Below are positions 57,252 to 64,000 of a stretch of DNA of 64,000 bases, one piece after another. The first letter of the stretch is position 1. Each line of letters starts with the position of its first letter. This DNA is from an uncultured Acidimicrobiia bacterium (lineage in GTDB: Bacteria; Acidobacteriota; Terriglobia; Versatilivoradales; Versatilivoraceae), in NCBI GenBank assembly GCA_963786955.1, contig CAWBAT010000009.1:224001-288000 (forward strand), written 5' to 3'. Below the pieces are notes generated by a model. It did not search any database, had not been told where the DNA came from, and was given only the letters and a program-made list of their open reading frames with translations. Made by a program: the position numbers and the translations under genes.

Positions 57252-58658
57252 ATGACCGAAACCTGGAAACAGTTGGAAGGCCAAGTGGTCAATGGGGAAT
57301 TTTATCTTCGCCAGTACTTGGGCGGATCAGACCAGAGCGCTGTATTCCTTACGGAACTCAGTGAGCCGGAAGCCCGAAAAGCTGCGATCAAGCTCGTTCC
57401 GTCAGATCCGGCGAATGCAGAACTCTACCTCTCCCGTTTGATGCGTGCCATGAAACTGTCCCATCCCCATTTGATGAAAATTTACCAGGTGGGACGCTGC
57501 CAAGTGGGGCAGAGAAAACAGTTCTATATCGTGATGGAGTGTGCAGAAGAGGACCTGTCGCAGATTCTCCCAGAACGACCTCTCACACCAGGCGAGGCAC
57601 GTCAGATGCTTGAGCCCATTTTAGACGCTTTAGCATACCTTCACGGAGAAGGTTTCGCGCACGGCCACATGAAACCCGCAAATATCCTGGCTGTTGATGA
57701 TCAAATCAAAATTTCAAGTGACGGGCTGTATCCTCTGATGAATGAACCCAGTGGGGTGCTGGGTAAGCTGGGTGCCTACGACTCACCCGAGGCCGCCATG
57801 GGAAAGGTATCACCATCGGGGGACGTTTGGGCGCTGGGTATCCTGCTGGCCGAAGCACTAACGCAGCATGTTCCCGTGCAAGGGAAGAATGAAGAAGAAG
57901 TGGCTGTGCCAAAGACATTGCCTGCGCCATTTCTGGAGATCGTCAGGCATTGTCTCCATAGGGATCCGCAACAACGATTCACGTTGGATGATATTGCTAT
58001 GAAGCTGAAACCGCCTTCACCTTTGCCCCCGATTCAGACGAATGCGAGTGCCAGTTCGGAAGGTGTCGTCGGAAAGCGTCGCTCCATGTCTCTTTGGGTT
58101 GCGGTCTGCCTCCTACTCGCCGGAATACTGGCCATTCCGAGTCTACTCCACCGTCGTACCACCTCTCAGCAAACCCCCTCCCCCACAACCGAACCTCAAG
58201 TGATTCATTCCAATCCAGAGCAGAGCCCCGTGGTCCCCGATGAGACACGGTCTCCGAAAGGGCTGGGCGATGAATCGGAAAGTTCCGGAGGGACGACTCC
58301 GCAGCCAAGCCCTTCACAGACTGATCCAGGGATGAGCCAACCTACTGGCGGCCTAATCAAAGGTGAGGTTCTCCACCAAGTCTTGCCCGAGATTTCTCAG
58401 AAGTCACGAGAAACCATTCAAGGCAAGTTGAAGGTCAATGTGAGAGTCACTGTTGATCCATCAGGCAACGTGACGGGAGCAACATTGGACTCTCCTGTAA
58501 AGAGCAACTATTTTGCGAATCAGGCAATACAAGCAGCGCGCGCTTGGAAATTTGCGCCGGCGAAAGTGGATGGTCGTGAAGTTTCGAGTGAGTGGCTGTT
58601 GAGATTCGAGTTTGAAAGGGCCGCCACTACGGTCTTTCCAGCCGAAGCAACTCCTTAG
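57252..58658 (+). CDS. Pseudokinase - TM - Pro-rich linker - TonB C-terminal domain fusion
   Basis: AAIKL, LSHPHL, HGHMKPAN, SSDG, SPE and GDVWALG, then a TM helix and a TonB_C-like VTVDPSGNV...AIQAARAWKFAPA. Start MTETWK follows GAGGA. Confidence 0.82.
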   Translation: MTETWKQLEGQVVNGEFYLRQYLGGSDQSAVFLTELSEPEARKAAIKLVPSDPANAELYLSRLMRAMKLSHPHLMKIYQVGRCQVGQRKQFYIVMECAEEDLSQILPERPLTPGEARQMLEPILDALAYLHGEGFAHGHMKPANILAVDDQIKISSDGLYPLMNEPSGVLGKLGAYDSPEAAMGKVSPSGDVWALGILLAEALTQHVPVQGKNEEEVAVPKTLPAPFLEIVRHCLHRDPQQRFTLDDIAMKLKPPSPLPPIQTNASASSEGVVGKRRSMSLWVAVCLLLAGILAIPSLLHRRTTSQQTPSPTTEPQVIHSNPEQSPVVPDETRSPKGLGDESESSGGTTPQPSPSQTDPGMSQPTGGLIKGEVLHQVLPEISQKSRETIQGKLKVNVRVTVDPSGNVTGATLDSPVKSNYFANQAIQAARAWKFAPAKVDGREVSSEWLLRFEFERAATTVFPAEATP

Positions 58659-58842
58659 TACTGTTTTTGCCAAACTGATCACAAATCTCGCAGATGTAGG
58701 AAGCCAGTCAAACCTTCACTTCCCCTCCCAGAGTTTTGCTTAATTCCCGTCCGCTTGAGGGAAGGTGTAAGAAAGTAAGGGCAAAAATCTTGCATCGGCC
58801 TTTTCACGCGGAATACTCAGCGTCAGTTGTGATACACAAGGC

Positions 58843-58872
58843 TTGACAACCTAAAGAGCTCAGGTGTAATCT
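58843..58872 (+). promoter_or_regulatory. Sigma70 promoter for the leader ORF/TBDT operon
   Basis: Perfect TTGACA, then TGTAAT/TAATCT at 16-18 nt. The ATG at 58881 lies at about the predicted transcription start. Confidence 0.6.
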
Positions 58873-58880
58873 AATTTTTG

Positions 58881-59279
58881 ATGCGATCAAGGCGATTTTC
58901 TCTACTGACGACGAAAACATCGCCACATCGGGATGTGGAACCAAACAAGTTCGCCAGCTGTCTCCTGCTGGTCTTCATACTTTCAAGCCTTTTCCACACC
59001 AGCGTACATACTTGTACTTCAATAGGATACGAAACAAATCCTCATTCACTCCCAGGCAGCAGCTTACTTCACAGACCATTAGAAGGTCCCGCACCCGACA
59101 AACTTCCCCCTTGTCATGCCTGCATTTGCAAAAGACTGCAATTGGCTGTTTTTCCCTCTCAGGTCTTAATCGCAAAACCGGGTCAGCTTGAGTCCACCTC
59201 CGCCGCGCCTGATCAGGTATTGAATCGCCTCCTTTACGAGCGATTAACTCTTTCCAGAGCTCCTCCGATACAAGGATAA
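58881..59279 (+). CDS. DUF2946/CruR-like leader protein (CxxC and C-terminal RAPP)
   Basis: Hydrophobic segment ending in HTSVH, CHAC motif and terminal SRAPPIQG*, directly upstream of a TonB-dependent receptor. Confidence 0.7.
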   Translation: MRSRRFSLLTTKTSPHRDVEPNKFASCLLLVFILSSLFHTSVHTCTSIGYETNPHSLPGSSLLHRPLEGPAPDKLPPCHACICKRLQLAVFPSQVLIAKPGQLESTSAAPDQVLNRLLYERLTLSRAPPIQG

Positions 59280-59325
59280 ACACTCTAGGCTAAGCATCAC
59301 CCCGTGCATAAAGCCTGATTCAGAT

Positions 59326-61980
59326 TTGGTTGTGATCTCCGCTTCCGTTTTGCTTGAGAATCAGCATCCGACCGAGAAGTACTCTTTATCAATCATGGGG
59401 GTGCCCAAATTCAGCCCAAAGATGCGCCCATTTGAGTTTAGATCCAGGAGCCCGCAAACAGTGAACCGAAGATTGACTCCATTAATATTTGCAGTTGCAT
59501 TCTTCTCCTTCGGATTATCTATATTAGCCCAATCCATTGGAAACGCAGGAACGATTGAGGGGATCGTTACCGATCCTACAGATGCCGTGATTCGGGGGTC
59601 CACGATAGAAATTCAAAATCTGATAACCGGATTTAGACGCCAGACGAATACGGACGACGCCGGGAATTTTCGCTTCACGAACATCCCTCCCAACATTTAT
59701 CACTTGCATGCGACCGCGAACGGATTCAAAGAAATGCATCAGGATTTGACGCTGCGTACATCGGTTCCCCTTAGCCTGAAGATAACACTTGAAATTGGGA
59801 CTCTTACGCTAGAGGTTGACGTGGAGGCCGGTGCCGGGGGGATGGTGGAAAACATTCCGTGGGCGCATACAGATATAGACAAGACACTCATGTCCGAACT
59901 GCCTCATAGCTCACCGGGTTCGGGGCTAAGCGATGTGATCACATTGGCCGCCCCTGGCGTCGTCAGCGACTCCAATGGATTCTTCCATCCTTTGGGGGAT
60001 CACGCTCAAACTTCTTTCTCCATAGACAACCAACCCATCTCAGACCAGCAGACCAAATCATTCTCAACCCAACTTCCCGTCAATGCCATTCAATCGATGG
60101 AGGTCATCACCGGTGCTGTGCCCGCTGAGTATGGGGATAAGACCAGTTTGGTCATCAATGCGATCACCCGCTCCGGGATGGGCATTCCGAAGCCAACGGG
60201 CAGTTTTCTTGCCCAGTATGGTACTTTTGGATCCACTGAGCTGGAGGGCAATTTTGCTGTAGGGGGACCCAAAGTGGGCAACTTTACGGCTTTCAACTTT
60301 GAGCGATCGGGCCGATTTCTGGACGCCCCGGAGTTGGCTGTTTTCCATGGCCCCGGCACAGCCACAAACCTATTTAATCGATTTGATTACAGCCCGAATT
60401 CTAAAGACATCTTTCATCTGAATTTGTTTTTAGCGCGTAACCGTTTCGATACACCCAATACCTACGATCAACAGGCCGTTGGGCAGGCTCAGGGACAGCT
60501 GGTTCGTACCATCAATGTCGCTCCCGGCTATGTCCATACTTTTGACGCGAATACCCTTCTGACGGTCAACCCTTACTACCGGCTCGATGAAGTCTGGTAT
60601 TACCCCAGTCCTGACCCATTTTCCGACCAGCCTGAAACCTTCGGCCAACAGCGGCGGCTCAACAACGTGGGCATCCGGGCCGATGTCTCCAGAGCTAAAG
60701 GGATCAATAATTTAAAATTTGGCGTGCAATTCTCACATACGTTCCTCACGGAGAACTTCCAGTTTGGCATAACGGACCCGTCGGTCAATGATCCGTCTAG
60801 CGAGAGTTATAACCCTGGATTAGCTCCCTATGACCTGACCCGGGGCGGCAGTGAGTATATTTTTCATGGCCACACCGATATCAAACAAGAAGCGTTTTAC
60901 GCGCAAGACACCCTCTCGCTTCACAATGTGACGATCAACCTCGGCCTCCGCTTTGACAACTACAATGGGATTAGCAGTGGGCATGGGTTACAGCCGCGAG
61001 CCGGCATCTCATACCATATCAAGCCGACCAACACGGTCCTGCGGGGTTCTTACACGCGCACTTTCGAGACACCCTACAACGAAAACCTCATTCTCTCGAG
61101 TGAGGCCGGAGCAGGCGGGTTGTCAGATGGAATTCTCGCCTCCTCCAGTAATGATCCTTTGAAACCCGGCACTCGCAACCAGTTCAATGTCGGGGTACAA
61201 CAGGGGATAGGTAAGTGGATCATTATTGATGCCGATTATTTCTGGAAGTATACAAACAACTCTTACGACTTTAACGTCATCCTGGACACCTCGATCGCTT
61301 TCCCCATTGCCTGGCACAATTCCAAGATCGACGGAGTTGCGTTGCGGGTTAACCTGGCGGACTACAAAGGACTCTCCGCTTTCATGGTTGCGGGTCATAC
61401 CCGGTCCCGTTTCTTTCCGCCAGAGACTGGAGGTTTGTTCTTCAATTCGGATATCCCCCCAGGCGTTTTCCGTATCGACCATGACCAGGCTTTCCAGCAA
61501 ACGACCCATGTGCAATATCAGTTTCATCAATTGAAGAAGATTGAACCTTACATAGACTTTTCTTGGCGGTATGACAGTGGCTTGGTCGCGGGCAATGTTC
61601 CCGACTACGCAACAGCTCTGACCCTGACACCCGACCAGCAAGCCCAGATCGGCTTATACTGTGGGAGCACTTTTGCAACCCCGACTCAGGGGCTAACGGA
61701 ATGTGGTAATCCCAATCAGGGTGCTTTGCGGTTGAGAATTCCGGCGAACGGAACTGAAAATAATGATCACAATCCTCCTCGAATTACTCCTCGAAATCTT
61801 TTCGGACTGAGCGTGGGTTCCAACAACTTGCTGCGCACCGAGAAGGTTCGCGTGGTGTTGCGACTCACAGCTGTCAATCTCGGAAACAAAGAGGCTCTTT
61901 ACAATTTTCTGTCCACATTCAGTGGCACCCATTTCGTCTCGCCCCGCTCATTTCAGGCTCAGCTCGGGGTAGTCTTTTAG
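59326..61980 (+). CDS. TonB-dependent receptor with N-terminal carboxypeptidase-regulatory-like domain
   Basis: GTIEGIVTDPT.AVI.G, plug region ITGAVPAEYG, NLGLRFD, LQPRAGISY and a terminal Phe. The true start may be further downstream (about 59396-59422). Confidence 0.9.
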   Translation: MVVISASVLLENQHPTEKYSLSIMGVPKFSPKMRPFEFRSRSPQTVNRRLTPLIFAVAFFSFGLSILAQSIGNAGTIEGIVTDPTDAVIRGSTIEIQNLITGFRRQTNTDDAGNFRFTNIPPNIYHLHATANGFKEMHQDLTLRTSVPLSLKITLEIGTLTLEVDVEAGAGGMVENIPWAHTDIDKTLMSELPHSSPGSGLSDVITLAAPGVVSDSNGFFHPLGDHAQTSFSIDNQPISDQQTKSFSTQLPVNAIQSMEVITGAVPAEYGDKTSLVINAITRSGMGIPKPTGSFLAQYGTFGSTELEGNFAVGGPKVGNFTAFNFERSGRFLDAPELAVFHGPGTATNLFNRFDYSPNSKDIFHLNLFLARNRFDTPNTYDQQAVGQAQGQLVRTINVAPGYVHTFDANTLLTVNPYYRLDEVWYYPSPDPFSDQPETFGQQRRLNNVGIRADVSRAKGINNLKFGVQFSHTFLTENFQFGITDPSVNDPSSESYNPGLAPYDLTRGGSEYIFHGHTDIKQEAFYAQDTLSLHNVTINLGLRFDNYNGISSGHGLQPRAGISYHIKPTNTVLRGSYTRTFETPYNENLILSSEAGAGGLSDGILASSSNDPLKPGTRNQFNVGVQQGIGKWIIIDADYFWKYTNNSYDFNVILDTSIAFPIAWHNSKIDGVALRVNLADYKGLSAFMVAGHTRSRFFPPETGGLFFNSDIPPGVFRIDHDQAFQQTTHVQYQFHQLKKIEPYIDFSWRYDSGLVAGNVPDYATALTLTPDQQAQIGLYCGSTFATPTQGLTECGNPNQGALRLRIPANGTENNDHNPPRITPRNLFGLSVGSNNLLRTEKVRVVLRLTAVNLGNKEALYNFLSTFSGTHFVSPRSFQAQLGVVF

Positions 61981-62076
61981 ACACTGTTTGACGAGAATGT
62001 GGCAGCCATCAAATTCAAACGTAATAAATAATCAAGGTCCATATTCAGTACCCACGGCGTTGCACGCAGCCAGATC

Positions 62077-62180
62077 GGCAGCCTCGGCGAGACTGCCCTA
62101 CCTTCGGTGCGATCTTCGGTCGTCCCCCTTAGACAGGGGGGACTTCGGGGGTTGGGGCCCCCTCCTTATGCGAGGATGGG
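62077..62180. repeat. GTAG REP plus CCCCC..GGGGG palindromes
   Basis: Reverse complement GGTAGGGCAGTCTCGCCGAGGCTGCC belongs to the 7836/50876 family; followed by TCCCCCTTAGACAGGGGGA-like hairpins. Confidence 0.6.
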
Positions 62181-62362
62181 GAACGTCATTGAGTTTGGTC
62201 ACCTCGGAATAACAAAACTGGCAATTCTCCTCTTCTCTTCGTAGCATATACCCGTTTTATCCTAATAATGCCTCCAACCCTTCCGGATTGGGTTGTGGCT
62301 ATCTGCCAGGCGGCTGTCAGTAAGATTGCTTTTATTCGCGGAAGGAGGAGTGTCAATTTGCC

Positions 62363-63412
62363 ATGAAAACCAGAATCCTCATTCTATTCTATTTTATTTT
62401 ATTGGCGGCGCCACTCTACGGACGACCGAAGATCGATACGATTGTGATGAAGAACGGCGACAACTGGACATGCGAGATCAAGCGACTCGAGGAGGGCGTG
62501 CTCTACGTAGGTCTTGATTATGTCGATGGAACGATCTCGGTTGACTGGTCGAAAGTGGGCCGGCTGGAAAGCACCCAGTTGTTCCTGGTAAAAACCGAAG
62601 GCGGTGAAATCTATACGGGAACTCTCAAAACCCCGGAAACACCTGCCGATGAGCCGGTCAAGATTGAGATCATAGAAGCACCTTCCCAACAGGTAGTCCT
62701 TGCCCGGAAAGAGATCGTGGAGGTAGGACAAACTTCCGAGACATTTTGGCGTCGATTCAGTGGGAGCATCAACGGTGGGCTGATCTTTTCCAAGAGCAAT
62801 AGCAATATCCAATACAACCTTGGCTCACAGCTTAAGTATGTACGCGCCCGTTGGTCTGCACAAGCGAGCTATAGTACGGCTCTATCTAGCAGCGAGGGAG
62901 CGACCACAACGACCCGAAATCAATTGACTTTCTCAGCGGAACGTAACTTGCGTTGGAATAATTGGTATTATGCAGGCCTGACAGATTTTCTTCAGAGTTC
63001 CTCACAAGGGATCGATCTTCAAACCTCGGTAGGTGGCGGCATCGGCCGTTACCTTAAGAACACGAATCGGTCACGTATTGCATTGACCGGAGGACTGGCC
63101 TGGCAGGGCACGAACTATGAGCCTACGAGCAACTTCCAAGGGAATCAAAACGTGATTGCAGCCCTTATTTCGACAAGAGTTCAAGCATTCAAGTTCAAGA
63201 AGACGAACCTCAACCTTAGTGCCAATCTCCTCCCTGCCCTTTCTCAGCCCGGTAGAGTCCGTTTCAATGCAAACATCACTTATTCTATTCAAATCTTTAA
63301 TAATTTCTGGTGGAACTTCCAATTTTATGGCAACTGGGATAACCGGCCACCGGCCAATTTCTCTGGCAGCGACTATGGCACCAGCTCGGGGACCTCTTAT
63401 ACATTCCCCTAA
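62363..63412 (+). CDS. DUF481 family outer membrane protein
   Basis: Signal peptide, D.IVMKNGD..T.EIK and a beta-strand-rich C-terminus ending SYTFP. Confidence 0.8.
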   Translation: MKTRILILFYFILLAAPLYGRPKIDTIVMKNGDNWTCEIKRLEEGVLYVGLDYVDGTISVDWSKVGRLESTQLFLVKTEGGEIYTGTLKTPETPADEPVKIEIIEAPSQQVVLARKEIVEVGQTSETFWRRFSGSINGGLIFSKSNSNIQYNLGSQLKYVRARWSAQASYSTALSSSEGATTTTRNQLTFSAERNLRWNNWYYAGLTDFLQSSSQGIDLQTSVGGGIGRYLKNTNRSRIALTGGLAWQGTNYEPTSNFQGNQNVIAALISTRVQAFKFKKTNLNLSANLLPALSQPGRVRFNANITYSIQIFNNFWWNFQFYGNWDNRPPANFSGSDYGTSSGTSYTFP

Positions 63413-63564
63413 GCCCGAATCCGAAGCGAACTAAGGGCCGAGTTCCTGCTAGGCCGCAGGCGAAGCATGACCGTGGCGGGTCGGCCTTGTTTTGGGTTTT
63501 GGATGTGGGATGGCTATGCTGCGAATTAGGGCCAAAATAAACTTTCGAAAGATACCCAAAGAAG

Positions 63565-63650
63565 TTGCCAAAAGCAGAGCTTCATGAAATCATAGCTAAC
63601 CACAAATACAAAAGCGCCCTGGAGATCGGGACCTCCACTGGACACTCTGA
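63565..63650 (+). pseudogene. O-methyltransferase fragment
   Basis: LHEIIANHKYKSALEIGTSTGHS (SAM motif I) with no continuation. Confidence 0.5.
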
Positions 63651-63744
63651 AATTTGCAGTTTATGCCTGATCTGCCGGACACTAATAAATTACGCATCAC
63701 CGTCTTGCAATGAGTGGTTGAAACCACCGGCACCACTGGACGTT

Positions 63745-63872
63745 CCGACGCCGTTGCCGCGAATTCTCCCGCCGCCGCTTGCAGCACTTTGATCGAGCGG
63801 GCGAAATCGCGGGGCGGATTTGACAACCTCACCGTGCAAATTCTCAAATTCGAAGGCTTGGATACAAGGTAA
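63745..63872 (+). pseudogene. C-terminal remnant of a PP2C (Stp1-like) phosphatase
   Basis: Hand translation [41 protein letters not shown]; its stop overlaps the kinase RBS. Confidence 0.7.
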
Positions 63873-63883
63873 GGAGAAATTCC

Positions 63884-64000
63884 ATGATTGGGAAGCAAAT
63901 CGGGAATTATCGCATATTGGAAAAATTGGGTGAAGGGGGCATGGGCGCGGTCTACAAAGGGGTCGATACTCAGTTGGACCGTCCGGTTGCGATCAAGATG
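63884..64000 (+). CDS. Ser/Thr protein kinase (5' part; runs off the window)
   Basis: [39 protein letters not shown] after AAGGAG. Confidence 0.9.
   Translation, partial: MIGKQIGNYRILEKLGEGGMGAVYKGVDTQLDRPVAIKM

Overview
Bacterial chromosomal window, probably Acidobacteriota (inferred from gene content and protein style). It has a housekeeping-type backbone of about 50% GC by eye: M28 peptidase, SDR, apbE, Gfo/Idh/MocA and ArgE-like genes at 1-7.1 kb; M48 protease, polyprenyl synthetase, yajQ, tatD, dedA, metG, larC, cobB, argS, thpR, UroD-like, SagB-like, sugar isomerases, a pseudokinase-TonB fusion, a TonB-dependent receptor, DUF481 and a Ser/Thr kinase at 34.4-64 kb. A higher-GC accessory region of about 27 kb (7.1-34.3 kb) interrupts it and is almost entirely on the minus strand. 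That region runs from a GAF/sigma54 activator through a frameshifted CoA-disulfide reductase-rhodanese, DUF2252, a cupin, two rhodaneses, an AhpD-like protein, DUF3300/DUF2950, SulP, a DszB-like enzyme, an Fe-S nitroreductase, DUF2254, AI-2E, OmpA, a lipoprotein, GxxExxY and glucose dehydrogenase, with many gene remnants between them. I saw no rRNA, tRNA, CRISPR array, integrase or intact transposase. The most notable observations are: (1) a possible organosulfur/sulfane-sulfur system built around a signal-less DszB-like protein; (2) a hairpin leader motif repeated 32-36 nt upstream of three unrelated genes; (3) a GxxExxY gene bracketed by 26-bp inverted repeats, with an internally deleted tandem copy; (4) a family of ATGAAAA...TTTTC(A/T)(G/A)AGGAG shell elements that carry different palindromic cargo and supply ribosome-binding sites; (5) a CxxC/RAPP leader ORF upstream of a TonB-dependent receptor; (6) an IS110 left-end remnant. 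All family calls come from motif recognition by eye; no database search was run.
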